Assembly: GCA_965249575.1 (NCBI GenBank)
Contig: OZ252244.1
Coordinates: 1,600,001 to 1,664,000, forward strand
DNA length: 64,000 nt
Reading direction: 5' to 3'
Source: Gemmatimonadales bacterium
Lineage (GTDB): Bacteria; Gemmatimonadota; Gemmatimonadetes; Gemmatimonadales; GWC2-71-9
Every line of letters starts with the position of its first letter. Position 1 is the stretch's first letter. The position numbers were made by a program, and so were the translations under genes. The notes beneath the pieces are model-generated. The model saw only the letters and a list, made by a program, of their open reading frames with translations. It did no database searches and was not told the DNA's origin. Positions 1 to 9,960 of the stretch are shown here, in pieces.

Positions 1-90
1 TGCCGCCGCGCCATCGAACTCGCGTGGCCTGTCCCGGACAGCGGCGCAGGCCAACCCGCCCGCGAGCAACGAGTAGAGAACCCCCCTCAT
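1..90 (-). CDS. 5' end of a lipoprotein gene running off the left edge, possibly an M28-family peptidase
   Basis: Translated by hand from ATG 90: MRGVLYSLLAGGLACAAVRDRPREFDGAAA. It has a hydrophobic leader with an LAC lipobox and an ATGA overlap with the sprA stop. The M28 guess rests only on the 'FDG.AA' start. Confidence 0.6.
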   Translation of the reverse strand, partial: MRGVLYSLLAGGLACAAVRDRPREFDGAAA

Positions 91-3000
91 CGAATCGGAC
101 CCGCCAAGAAATTGATCTCCGCGAAAATGGTGAAGATGATCTGGGAGAGCCTCGTCGAGGTGTGGCGCTGTTCGGTTAGAACATAACTGAAACTGGTCCC
201 CGCGGTGACGGTGGGCGACAGCCCAGTATCGAGGCGAGCATCGAATTGCCGGCGCCGGGCCTCCGAGACGGGCGAGCAATCGGCGGTCCCGGCCCGAACC
301 AAGCAGACCAACACGTCGGCAGAGCTGAAGGACAGGGCGCTCCGGACCGCGTTTGGGAGACGGGCGAACGACTCTGGGATCCGCAACGGAAAGCTGAGAT
401 TCACCGTCCAGTCCTCACGATCCGTCCGCGTCACGTTGCCCGACGTCACGGCCTCTCGCTTCCCGCGCACGTACTGGCCGGCGGTCACCACGCCCCCGAG
501 CCAGGCAATCGTCACGGATGGGGCGACGGTCGAGGACCGGTTCTCCGTAGTCACCTCCGCGCCGGCCCGGTTGGGGCCCGATCCCGCGCCGTTTACCGGA
601 AGATTGGAGCGCTGCACGTTCGACGCCTCGACGCGCCGGTATTGCGCTTGCGCCGTGATGCTGGACAGCAGTTTTCGCAGTCCCCAGCGAGGCGTGTACA
701 GCCACGAAACCGACCCCGACGGCCACTCCCGGCTCATCTGGCTGGTTTGCGTCAGTGATTCGCCCCGCCGCGACCACGTGTTGGCGTCGAGGTTGGCATA
801 GTTGGCGCGCACACGAAAGCCCAGCGGGATCTGTAAGCCGCCACCGATGTTGCGCGTGTTGGTTTCGACCGCCGTGGTGGACAGAATGCCGTCGGGCCGC
901 TGGAAGTCCTCCAGGTCACCGAGACCCAAGTGATAGGTGAGGCTGGGAGAGAACGGGGCCCGATCGAGCCCGGACCGGCGCTCGCGAACGAACGAGAAGT
1001 CGGCCGGCAACAGACTGCCGAACACCGCCGCGACGCCGGATGCCCTCCCGGTCAGTCCTCGCGCGAGGCGGCCGAGATCGACGGTCCAACCGAGCTCCCT
1101 CCGGCGGGAGTTTGCGAGGGCATCCGGAACGCGAAAGGATCCCGCGCTGTCCCCGTTCACGCGCACCGGGCTCGTGGCGTTCGGATCGCGCGCGAGGGAA
1201 AACGTGCTCCCGAAGAAAAAGCGCGGCGCGATCCAGCCTCCGATCACCGGCGCGATATTGACGGCGGTCTGGAGCCGCCGCGCGCGCTCAAAACCGACAT
1301 CGCGGCCGAGAAGGCTCTGACGTTCGCGCCGCAAGAGGCGTCCGACCGCCGTCGAATCGCCGTAACGCTGCAGATCTCTGACCGTCGAATAGTCGGCCCG
1401 CGCCACGAGTGTATTGAAAGGCCGGAACTCGACCCCGGCGCTCGTGCGCCATGTGTGGACGACGCTCGTCAGCGGCTTCAACACGCTGTCTCCGGGAACC
1501 TCAACCGGGACCCTAAACGTGAATCGGTCGGTCACGTTGTTGGTGAGAGTGGATGAGAAACGAAATTGGTACGGGTTCCACCGGATGCGGGAGGTCCCAA
1601 GGGCCCTTCCGAAATCACTATCCCGAATCCACCGCGGGAGGCTGTTGACGAAGTTGACGAGGAACTGCGGGACCGCACGGAACGAGCGCGAGCCGGCGAG
1701 ATTCGAGTATGAGACATCGAGCTGGCGGTTGGTGGTCCCTGAGGTCGTGAGCTCGGTAGCGGCCTGCCCGGACTGACGCCGAGCGGTGACACTCAGCGGA
1801 TCCAGCAGCATGCGCTCGAGTAGTGTACCGCCTCTCTTCGTGCGACGAATCGAGAGCTCCACGGCCGTCGTCGACCCTTCGGGTTTCCGGAGCCCGCTCA
1901 CCGCGTCTCCGCGAACGTCTCCTCGGCTAATGAACAACGGATCGATCGACGATCGCGTGTGTTGAACGCTCAGGGGTGCGCTCAACCCCCAGGTTTCCGG
2001 CATCAGTTTGTCCAACCGGACGGTCGAACGCACGCTCGTCGCAGCGTCCGTCGTGAACGTGGGGTTCTCACCGAAACGCCGGAAGCGATCGCTCTTCTGC
2101 AAGTGCGTCACCGTCACGTCGGCAAAATCGGCCACCGACAGTCTGATATCTATCGCACCCGCAATCCCGGCGTCGGCCACGACGTCCGTCAGGCGGATAT
2201 CATCGACCCACAGCTCGGCCTGGGATATCGCGACGGTCCCGCGGGAACGGAACATACCGACGGCGACTTCCGACACCCGCGCCAGATTGGGCGGTGCGGT
2301 CCCCGGATCCCGCACGTGCACGATGTAAGGCCCGTCGCACGCAACGTACGCCGTGGAGTCGCCTCCGCATACGCTCGCGCCGGACGGCGGATCGCCGCGA
2401 AGCCACGCGGTCTCGATCTCGGCCCGTAGCTCGAGCCATCGTTCCAAATCGACCGCAACCTCCGGTTCCCAACTCGTGCTGCGAGCCGCCGTCCGGTACA
2501 TGTAGAAGTTGAACGCGTCACGCCCGACTTTGACATAGAACTCGAGGTCCCGTTCCTCCCACCCGACTCCCCTCCCGCGCGCCCACACCCGGAGCCGGCC
2601 GTACCTGAGAAAATTCTTGTCCGCCTCATCGACGAAACGAGTGAAAGCCTCAGCCCGCTCGCCGACGCGGAGGTCGCTGGCAAGAAGCCTGAGCGAACGC
2701 TCGTTGATCTCGGCCGACGCCAGGTCGAACTCGGCTCCCTTTCGATCGGCCTCGTTTACGATTCCGGGCGGCGGGGTATAGCCAAGGTCGTTGTTGCCGG
2801 TCGATACAATCGAGGCGACGACTTCCCCGTGCGCCTCTCCCTGAATCCCACTGATGTCCGCAATGGGTGTCGGGGAGCGCTTGAGCCACGGAGCGCCAAG
2901 GAGCCGCAGGCGCGCCAGCGCGAAGGACACGGCCTCCTCGCGCGGTCCCTGATCGGGAGCGGCAACGGTAATGCGCAGCGCGCGCACCTGTCGGAGGTTG

Positions 3001-6000
3001 GGGGTACCGATCTGGATGGTGTCCGTGCGGAACGGAATGCGATACAGACGCCACGTGAGCAGGGCACCGCTCGAGTCGGGGAAGCTTACGCCATTCCGAA
3101 CAAAAGTGCGGTCGTCACCGACGGGGAAGACGTACCGAACGGCGTCCTCGGCGTTCGTTCCGACGTCCCGGTCCAAACGGTTGTCGCCATTCAAGTCCTC
3201 CGTGTCGGCGAGGGCGTTCCGCCTAGTGCAGTTCGCGGAGAGGTCGCCCAGCGGGAAGGTTGGCAGGAGTCCCGAGCTGCGGAGCTGGCAGGTCGCGATG
3301 CCTTGGACAAACCGTCCGGTTGTGCCGTCCACAATCGAGTCCAAGAGGTCGCCGTGAATCCCCACATCGTTGACCGCGGCGTTGAATACGTTGGACAAGG
3401 AGTCCTTTTCGGAATCCAGCCGCCCCGCTCCGACGAGGGACTGCCCAGAGAACACGGTGTCAGCCCCTTGGACGCGAAGCGTGTCCGGCGCCAGCGCAAC
3501 GGCATCCTCGAACAGGGTCCCAAAGTCGAGTATCAAGGTGACACCCATGCGCCGCGCCGATCGGTTCGCGTCTTCGAGAACCCAGAATTCGATGAACTCC
3601 GAGCGGGAGAGGTCCACTCCGAGTCCTGATCGATCGAGGGGCTGAGTGATGCTGCGCCATCGAGGGCCGGGAGTGTGGGGTCGGATCCACCGCGGCCGCC
3701 CGCTCGTGGGATGTGGAACACCGCCGACCGTGTCGGGCTTGAGGGTCATCCAGAGAGTGGTTTCGATACGGCGGCTCGCGCCGGTCAGGACAATGGTCGA
3801 GTCGATTTGCTGAGGCTGAAACTCCAGCACCCCGGCGCTCGTCTGCACGGAATTCTGCCACACGAGCGCCGCCGCGTCACCGGGAGCGAACCCGCCGGTT
3901 CCGCTCAAGTGCGTGAGGGGCAGGCCGCGCCCCGAGGAGGGGCCGCTCCCCAGCTGAAAGGCGTTCTGGATCAGCGGAATCGTGCGACCCGACTCGCCTT
4001 CGAACTCCTCGATGTATGCTTGGCCCGCCTGATTCGGGTTGGGGCGGGATATCGCGATTTCTCCGTTTACCGAGAGCTGAGAGGGAACGGACGTAGATAT
4101 CAACGGCAGCGCATCGAGGGCCCTCGTGAGCCACGTAGGGCGAAACACCAGGTCGGTAGTGATCCCCGCCATGAGGTTGGATTGCGGCTCGAAACCGAGC
4201 GGAGGCCTCGTGAACACCGACTGCTCGCGCTGCAGTAGAGCGACGCCGCTGATTCGCTGGTCCGGCCCCAGCGTGTAGGTCGCCGACAGTCCCAACGTAC
4301 TCTTCGGAGCGATGTCGAACAGCTGGTTTTCTTCGAACTCAGCCCGAATCTGTGACGGACCGGTAAACAGGTCTCCGGGGTTCAGGAACGTGACCTGTCC
4401 CAGATCATACGAGATGTCGTAGTCGCGCCCACGCACCAGTTCGCGATTGCCCAGAAAGAGCCTCTCACTCCCATCCCGAATCTGAATCGCGCCGAGGTTG
4501 AGCGCCGTGCGGTCGCCGGCGCCCGAGGCCTCATACCGCAGATGCAATCGAAACCGGGGAGGGGGGCCCTGGGATCTCAGCAAGAACGTCGGGGTGCGGT
4601 ACAGCGAGTCGATTCGCTCCGCTGGGAGCAGCACGGCCCCATCGTCGAACGGCCTCAAGTGAGGGAATACGACGAAGAGGTCTCTAACCGGGGCCCCGCC
4701 ATTGGGATCTCTCTCGCGTGGGAACACCCGGTTGAACTCGTTCAACGTCGATGGATCGGTCGATAGCGCCAGTCCCAACCGCGATAGGTATGTACCGCCA
4801 CCCCTCAGCGGCCGCTCCGATTCGTTGAGGAGCACCGTCAGCTTCACCGAACTTCGGGAGACGTCGCGGCCACCGATGCGGTAGACGTTCCGCAACTCGT
4901 ACTCGAATGTCGGGACCTCGGGTCCCCGTCGGGGCTCGTACACCAGCTCGAGTGTGTCGCCGGAGCCGTTGATCGCCGGGAAGGTCCCGACCGTATCGCC
5001 CGCCGCGGTGATGTACGAGACCGCCAGAAAGTCATTGTTACCGACCCTGGTCGCGAGGGCAAACCATGTAGCCGAAGGGTCGAGGTAGTAGTCACGGCTC
5101 TCGACCAGCAGCTCCCAGGAAAAGGGGCCGACGCGCTGAGGGCTGTCGCGTCTGACGGCGACCGCATCGATTCCGCCGAGATTGGGGTTGGATCCTGCGG
5201 GCCCGAACTGGGCGCGTAGCCGGTAGACACGCACCTCTGCAGGGCGGGATGAGGGTGGAAGTGCCTCGACGCCAAGATTCAGGATGTCGATCCCGGGATA
5301 TCCCGGCAGCCCACGGGGATCCACCGTGAAAAAGAAACGTCCGGTCTCGAAGTCGAGGTCGCGGAGCTCACGGTCGATGGACTGGGTGGTCTGGTCGCCA
5401 ACCGTAAACACTCTCGATCGGAGCGAGGATCCCTTTTGCTGGGCAACGATGGTACCCAGCTCCACGGCGCCCACCTGGGCCTCGACCTGTACGCCGAACG
5501 AGTTCGCCGGGATGGCTGACGTGATGAAGCGCGATGATGGCGCTCGAAAGGTGACGTTTCCCAATTCGACGCGCTGCAGGATCTCATCTTCGAGACCCTG
5601 GTAGAAAACGTTAACGTTATTGTTGGCATTGAACTCACGTTCGCTGTCGAAGTCCACGTTCACATGAAGCCGCTGGCTCAGCACCCCGCCGGCACGCAGC
5701 GCGATCTGCTGGTCAAACTCCGGCGTCGGAACCCCCCCGCGACAGCTCGAGAGGGGATCGGAGAGATCGAAAGCGGTACAACGCTCGTTTCTCAGACGAT
5801 CGAACTTCACTTCGAATCGCGCCCGCAGGTCGACACCGAGATCTGCGGCCTCCCCCAGCGCCCGCAGGGGAGCGGGGGGCCGCGGGCCCGGCCCGTCGGC
5901 GATCGTGTCGGTTGGGGCGCCTGCGAGTGCGACTAACCCTGGGTCGGGGAGCCGGGCTCGCCGCCGCGCGGCCCGCGCAATGGCCACCTGAGCCAGGGTT

Positions 6001-6233
6001 TCGGCTAACCAACGCTCGACGGCCAGACGGGGCGGGGTGCGGAGTCCCAAGCGCCCACCTGGCTCAAGCGCGGGATCCCGCCGGAGCGCCAGGGTATCGG
6101 TCCCCAGCCGAATGGTTATCCTGGGAAGCAGGGTGTCGCCTTGTGCGCGAAGGCTCGTGCCCGGGAGGCAGAGGAGCGCGAGGGTTGTCACGAGGGCGGC
6201 GCGGGACACTTTCGATCCGGACGTGGGGTACAT
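87..6233 (-). CDS. sprA: SprA/Sov-like large outer-membrane beta-barrel (T9SS translocon homolog)
   Basis: 2048 aa with a signal peptide and SprA-like motifs (VDFDSEREF, YQGLEDEILQRVELGNV, AQQKG, YIEEFE, TEDLNGD, LWVDDIRL), followed by amphipathic beta-strands at the C-terminus. The start could be GTG 6209. Confidence 0.8.
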   Translation of the reverse strand: MYPTSGSKVSRAALVTTLALLCLPGTSLRAQGDTLLPRITIRLGTDTLALRRDPALEPGGRLGLRTPPRLAVERWLAETLAQVAIARAARRRARLPDPGLVALAGAPTDTIADGPGPRPPAPLRALGEAADLGVDLRARFEVKFDRLRNERCTAFDLSDPLSSCRGGVPTPEFDQQIALRAGGVLSQRLHVNVDFDSEREFNANNNVNVFYQGLEDEILQRVELGNVTFRAPSSRFITSAIPANSFGVQVEAQVGAVELGTIVAQQKGSSLRSRVFTVGDQTTQSIDRELRDLDFETGRFFFTVDPRGLPGYPGIDILNLGVEALPPSSRPAEVRVYRLRAQFGPAGSNPNLGGIDAVAVRRDSPQRVGPFSWELLVESRDYYLDPSATWFALATRVGNNDFLAVSYITAAGDTVGTFPAINGSGDTLELVYEPRRGPEVPTFEYELRNVYRIGGRDVSRSSVKLTVLLNESERPLRGGGTYLSRLGLALSTDPSTLNEFNRVFPRERDPNGGAPVRDLFVVFPHLRPFDDGAVLLPAERIDSLYRTPTFLLRSQGPPPRFRLHLRYEASGAGDRTALNLGAIQIRDGSERLFLGNRELVRGRDYDISYDLGQVTFLNPGDLFTGPSQIRAEFEENQLFDIAPKSTLGLSATYTLGPDQRISGVALLQREQSVFTRPPLGFEPQSNLMAGITTDLVFRPTWLTRALDALPLISTSVPSQLSVNGEIAISRPNPNQAGQAYIEEFEGESGRTIPLIQNAFQLGSGPSSGRGLPLTHLSGTGGFAPGDAAALVWQNSVQTSAGVLEFQPQQIDSTIVLTGASRRIETTLWMTLKPDTVGGVPHPTSGRPRWIRPHTPGPRWRSITQPLDRSGLGVDLSRSEFIEFWVLEDANRSARRMGVTLILDFGTLFEDAVALAPDTLRVQGADTVFSGQSLVGAGRLDSEKDSLSNVFNAAVNDVGIHGDLLDSIVDGTTGRFVQGIATCQLRSSGLLPTFPLGDLSANCTRRNALADTEDLNGDNRLDRDVGTNAEDAVRYVFPVGDDRTFVRNGVSFPDSSGALLTWRLYRIPFRTDTIQIGTPNLRQVRALRITVAAPDQGPREEAVSFALARLRLLGAPWLKRSPTPIADISGIQGEAHGEVVASIVSTGNNDLGYTPPPGIVNEADRKGAEFDLASAEINERSLRLLASDLRVGERAEAFTRFVDEADKNFLRYGRLRVWARGRGVGWEERDLEFYVKVGRDAFNFYMYRTAARSTSWEPEVAVDLERWLELRAEIETAWLRGDPPSGASVCGGDSTAYVACDGPYIVHVRDPGTAPPNLARVSEVAVGMFRSRGTVAISQAELWVDDIRLTDVVADAGIAGAIDIRLSVADFADVTVTHLQKSDRFRRFGENPTFTTDAATSVRSTVRLDKLMPETWGLSAPLSVQHTRSSIDPLFISRGDVRGDAVSGLRKPEGSTTAVELSIRRTKRGGTLLERMLLDPLSVTARRQSGQAATELTTSGTTNRQLDVSYSNLAGSRSFRAVPQFLVNFVNSLPRWIRDSDFGRALGTSRIRWNPYQFRFSSTLTNNVTDRFTFRVPVEVPGDSVLKPLTSVVHTWRTSAGVEFRPFNTLVARADYSTVRDLQRYGDSTAVGRLLRRERQSLLGRDVGFERARRLQTAVNIAPVIGGWIAPRFFFGSTFSLARDPNATSPVRVNGDSAGSFRVPDALANSRRRELGWTVDLGRLARGLTGRASGVAAVFGSLLPADFSFVRERRSGLDRAPFSPSLTYHLGLGDLEDFQRPDGILSTTAVETNTRNIGGGLQIPLGFRVRANYANLDANTWSRRGESLTQTSQMSREWPSGSVSWLYTPRWGLRKLLSSITAQAQYRRVEASNVQRSNLPVNGAGSGPNRAGAEVTTENRSSTVAPSVTIAWLGGVVTAGQYVRGKREAVTSGNVTRTDREDWTVNLSFPLRIPESFARLPNAVRSALSFSSADVLVCLVRAGTADCSPVSEARRRQFDARLDTGLSPTVTAGTSFSYVLTEQRHTSTRLSQIIFTIFAEINFLAGPIR

Positions 6234-6293
6234 CTAGCTGACGGCTATCGACTTTCCGCCAGTCGACCATCGGCCAAAACGCGACGGCAAGAC

Positions 6294-7802
6294 GTGAACA
6301 TTCTCAGCCGGTATATCCTCAAGCAGCACGCCGTACCGTTTGTATTCGCGCTGTCCGCGGTCACGAGCATACTGCTCCTGAACCAAGTCGCGAAACGCTT
6401 CGGCGACCTGGTTGGGAAGGGGTTGCCCTGGGGCGTCATTCTCGAGGTCTTCGCCCTTTCCGTGCCATTCCTCGTCGCCATGACCCTGCCGATGGCTGTG
6501 CTGGTCGCGGTGCTCTATGCATTCAGCCACCTCGCGGCCGATAATGAGATCACGGCCGTAAGGGCCGGCGGTATCTCCCTGTGGCATCTCGTTCGCCCCG
6601 TGCTCCTGGCGGCGGCGATCACGTCGGTGCTCGCCTTCCTGTTTAGCGACCACGTCCTGCCGGCCTCCAACCATCGCCTCCGCACCCTGCTCATGGACAT
6701 CGGCCGCAAGAAGCCGACCTTTTCCCTGAAAGAGCAGGTCATCAACGAAGTCCAGCCCAACCGCTTTTTCCTGAGAGCCGGGCGCATCGACCAGTCGATC
6801 TTCAGGCTCAGGGACGTGACTATCTACGACCTCGCCGACCCGCAGCGCAACCGAATCGTCTATGCCGACAGCGGCTACATGGCGTTTTCCACGAATCAGC
6901 AGGACCTGCACCTCACGCTGTATGACGGATCGATTCATGAATTCGACCGCTATAATCCGAAGATGTTCCAGTACATCGGCTTCCGTAAGGACGTAATTCG
7001 CGTCGAGGGCGTGGGGAATGAGCTCAGTCGCACCATCTCCGACACCTACCGGGGGGACCGCGAGATGGGCGTCTGTGAGATGGAAGCGGTGATCCGCGAT
7101 GCCCACCGGGAGCGGCGGCTCTCCGCTGAGCGCGCCCGCACCGTTTGGGCCAACGACATCCGACCGATCGTGGGGCTCGCACCGGTCCCTCTCGACACGA
7201 CGACCCGCACAGAGCGGCCGACGCTCTATTGCCGATCCCTTGGTTGGATGACTGATTGGCTGTTGCCGTCCGACGCGGAGGCGCAAACGCGCAACCGGTC
7301 CCCCCCGAGAGTCGTCACTGGGCGCGCGTTCGACGCTTCGAACCGCGGGGCTGCTCGCGGGGTGTTCCCCCGCCGGCGTTCCGGGGAGTGGGGCGCGTTC
7401 CGCGACCGGGCGGAAGGCGCGGACATTCGGGCGGCTAATTACCTGGTCGAGGTGCATAAGAAGCGTGCGATCGCGGCCGCCTGCATCGTCTTCGTGCTGG
7501 TCGGCGTACCCGCTGCTCTCCGGTTCCCCCGCGGGGGCGTCGGGCTCGTGATCGGCCTCAGCATGGTCGTCTTCACCACCTACTACGTCGGCCTGATCGC
7601 GGGTGAGGCACTCGGCAATCGCCTGATCGTACCTCCCTTCTGGGCGATGTGGACTCCGAACTTCCTGTTCGCCACCCTGGGACTTGGGGGGCTATGGCGC
7701 TCAGGACGCGGGGCTGCACCGGCCTCGCGAGGCGACTGGAAGGAGGCTCGAGCGGCGATTCTCGGAGTGCTCCTTCGGCCCTTCAGGCGGGCACCGGCGT
7801 GA
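6294..7802 (+). CDS. lptF: LPS export ABC permease LptF
   Basis: GTG start (NILSRYILK), LPMAVLVAVLYAF..LAADNEITA.RAGG and EVHKKRAIAAAC motifs; 6 TM segments. Confidence 0.9.
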   Translation: MNILSRYILKQHAVPFVFALSAVTSILLLNQVAKRFGDLVGKGLPWGVILEVFALSVPFLVAMTLPMAVLVAVLYAFSHLAADNEITAVRAGGISLWHLVRPVLLAAAITSVLAFLFSDHVLPASNHRLRTLLMDIGRKKPTFSLKEQVINEVQPNRFFLRAGRIDQSIFRLRDVTIYDLADPQRNRIVYADSGYMAFSTNQQDLHLTLYDGSIHEFDRYNPKMFQYIGFRKDVIRVEGVGNELSRTISDTYRGDREMGVCEMEAVIRDAHRERRLSAERARTVWANDIRPIVGLAPVPLDTTTRTERPTLYCRSLGWMTDWLLPSDAEAQTRNRSPPRVVTGRAFDASNRGAARGVFPRRRSGEWGAFRDRAEGADIRAANYLVEVHKKRAIAAACIVFVLVGVPAALRFPRGGVGLVIGLSMVVFTTYYVGLIAGEALGNRLIVPPFWAMWTPNFLFATLGLGGLWRSGRGAAPASRGDWKEARAAILGVLLRPFRRAPA

Positions 7803-8884
7803 GGTACTACAACATTCTCGATCATTACCTCTTGAGGGAGTGGCGGAGGATTTTCCTGATCACGGCGCTCGGGTTCCCGATAATCGTGATCGCCATCGAA
7901 CTGACCGACAAGCTCGACCGATACCTGTCACGCGGCCTCTCGCCGAAGACCATCGCGATGAGCTATCTGTTCGCCGTGCCGGACAAGATCTTCATGATCC
8001 TGCCCGCGGCTGTCCTTTTCGCTACCGTCTTCAGCATCGGATCCATGGGCCGGCATTCCGAGCTCACGGCTGCCAAGGCATCTGGCCGGAGCTTCCACCG
8101 ATTGGTCGCGCCGGTCCTCCTCGCCGGCCTGTTCGCCACGTTCGCCGGCTTGGTCCTGGCCGAAATAGCGCCCCCGGCAACCCGCCGGCAGCTCGAACTG
8201 CTCGGCGAGCGCCGGGATCGGACGCAACCGACCCGCTATAACTTCGTATACCGCGCTGACGAGGGTTGGGTCTACACCATCCGCTCGCTCGAAATCGAAG
8301 AAGGCATTATGCGGGACATCGTCCTCGCACGAGAAGGAGTTGGGGAAGACTACCCCACGCTCGCCGTCCAAGCTTACTTCGCGCAGTACGTCGATTCATT
8401 GAACCGCTGGCGGCTGGGGGACGGTCACCTTCGGGTAGTCGCGGGCGAGCCCCAGGAACTGACGTTCGTATTCGACTCCATGTATCACCGCGGCCTGGTC
8501 GAGTCCCCGGCCGACCTGCTCGCGGAACCGAAGGCCCCGGAGGAGATGCGCTACGGCGAGCTGGCCCGTTACATTAAGGCGCTCGAGCGCTCGGGAGCGG
8601 ACACCCGGAAACTTCGGGTCGATCACTCCCTGAAAATCGCGATACCGGTCACCTGCCTCGTCATCGCCTTTTTTGGCGCTCCCTTGGCCATTACGTCGCC
8701 GCGTGCGAGCGGTGCCCTCGGCATCGCGATCAGCCTGGGTACCACCATCATGTTCCTCACGTTGATCCAGCTCTCCCGCGCCGTCGGCTCGGGTGGTGTG
8801 CTGCCTCCCACCCTGGCGGCCTGGATGCCGAACGCGGTGTTTGGATCGATCGGTCTCGTGCTTTTTGTACGCGCCCCGACCTAA
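7799..8884 (+). CDS. lptG: LPS export ABC permease LptG
   Basis: ILDHYLLRE, SELTAAKASGRS, LAAWMPN; GTGA overlap with lptF. Confidence 0.9.
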   Translation: MRYYNILDHYLLREWRRIFLITALGFPIIVIAIELTDKLDRYLSRGLSPKTIAMSYLFAVPDKIFMILPAAVLFATVFSIGSMGRHSELTAAKASGRSFHRLVAPVLLAGLFATFAGLVLAEIAPPATRRQLELLGERRDRTQPTRYNFVYRADEGWVYTIRSLEIEEGIMRDIVLAREGVGEDYPTLAVQAYFAQYVDSLNRWRLGDGHLRVVAGEPQELTFVFDSMYHRGLVESPADLLAEPKAPEEMRYGELARYIKALERSGADTRKLRVDHSLKIAIPVTCLVIAFFGAPLAITSPRASGALGIAISLGTTIMFLTLIQLSRAVGSGGVLPPTLAAWMPNAVFGSIGLVLFVRAPT

Positions 8885-8958
8885 CGGCGCTCCACGGCCT
8901 TGCCTATCTCCTCCCTCCCACCTATCCCTTCTATCCACCAATACGCGCAAGCCATTCA

Positions 8959-9960
8959 ATGGACCCAATCGCTCTCACGCGTGAGCTCGTTCAAATCGAT
9001 TCGCCCACTGGTGAGGAAGGCCCGGTAGGGCGTTTTCTCGCGGAGCAGTTGGAGGGTCTTGGGTATGCCGTGAAGCGGCAGGAGGTGACGCCCGGACGCT
9101 GGAATCTGTACGCCGTGAGGGAGGCCCCGAAGGTCGTCTTTTCAACCCACATCGACACGGTCCCTCCGACGCTCCCGTTTCGTGAGGATGAGACCCACCT
9201 CCACGGGCGGGGAGCATGCGACGCAAAGGGGATCGCTGCCGCCCAGGTTGCGGCGGCAGAGCGACTGGCATCAGACGGCGAGCGCCGGGTTGCTCTCCTG
9301 TTCGTTGTTGGTGAGGAGTACGGATCCGACGGGGCGCGCGCGGCTGCGGCCCTCGAGCCCAAGGGCGAGTTCATCATCAACGGAGAGCCAACGGACAATC
9401 GTCTCGCCCTGGGACACAAGGGAGCGCTATACGTCAAGCTCACCGCGGCCGGCCGCACAGCACATTCCGCCTATCCAGAAGAAGGAGTTTCGGCCGTCGA
9501 TGGGATGCTCGACGCCCTTGTCCGGATACGCGAAATCCCTCTCCCGGTGGACGACGTTTTGGGGGAGAGCACCCTGAACATCGGCACAATCACCGGCGGG
9601 ATCCGTCCCAACGTGATCCCGGACGCGTGCGCGAGCGAGCTCCTGATCAGAACGGTTCGCGATTCCGCGGAGCTCCGGACCGCGATCGTTCGGGCCGGCG
9701 GCGACGACATAACGGTGGAGTTTCCCTGGGAAATGCCGTGGGTCCGACTGCAGGCCCCGCCGGGATTCGAGACCACCGTCGTCCGATTCGCCACCGACCT
9801 CCCGTACCATCACTCGTGGGGTGAGGGCTTTTTGCTGGGACCCGGTTCGATCCGCGTCGCGCACACGAACGAGGAGCGGGTCGAGAAGCAGGAGTTACTA
9901 GACGGAGTGGAGACGTATCACCGGCTTGTTGCCACGCTGCTCGCGCGGGACGGCTCGTGA
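8959..9960 (+). CDS. M20 ArgE/DapE-family deacylase, probably acyl-DAP deacylase given its context
   Basis: HIDTVP, GRGACDAKG, VGEE, GEPT, AHTNEE; first gene of the dap operon. Confidence 0.85.
   Translation: MDPIALTRELVQIDSPTGEEGPVGRFLAEQLEGLGYAVKRQEVTPGRWNLYAVREAPKVVFSTHIDTVPPTLPFREDETHLHGRGACDAKGIAAAQVAAAERLASDGERRVALLFVVGEEYGSDGARAAAALEPKGEFIINGEPTDNRLALGHKGALYVKLTAAGRTAHSAYPEEGVSAVDGMLDALVRIREIPLPVDDVLGESTLNIGTITGGIRPNVIPDACASELLIRTVRDSAELRTAIVRAGGDDITVEFPWEMPWVRLQAPPGFETTVVRFATDLPYHHSWGEGFLLGPGSIRVAHTNEERVEKQELLDGVETYHRLVATLLARDGS

Noticed and set aside
205..6240. Many 60-270 aa ORFs overlapping sprA, and similar ORFs over other genes
   Set aside because: Shadow ORFs expected at high GC; Arg/Pro/Gly-rich with no motifs.
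6234..7457. 407-aa antisense ORF
   Set aside because: Mirror frame of lptF with no recognisable domain.
8885..8958. Lysine riboswitch before the dap genes
   Set aside because: The gap is only 74 bp and shows no matching structure.
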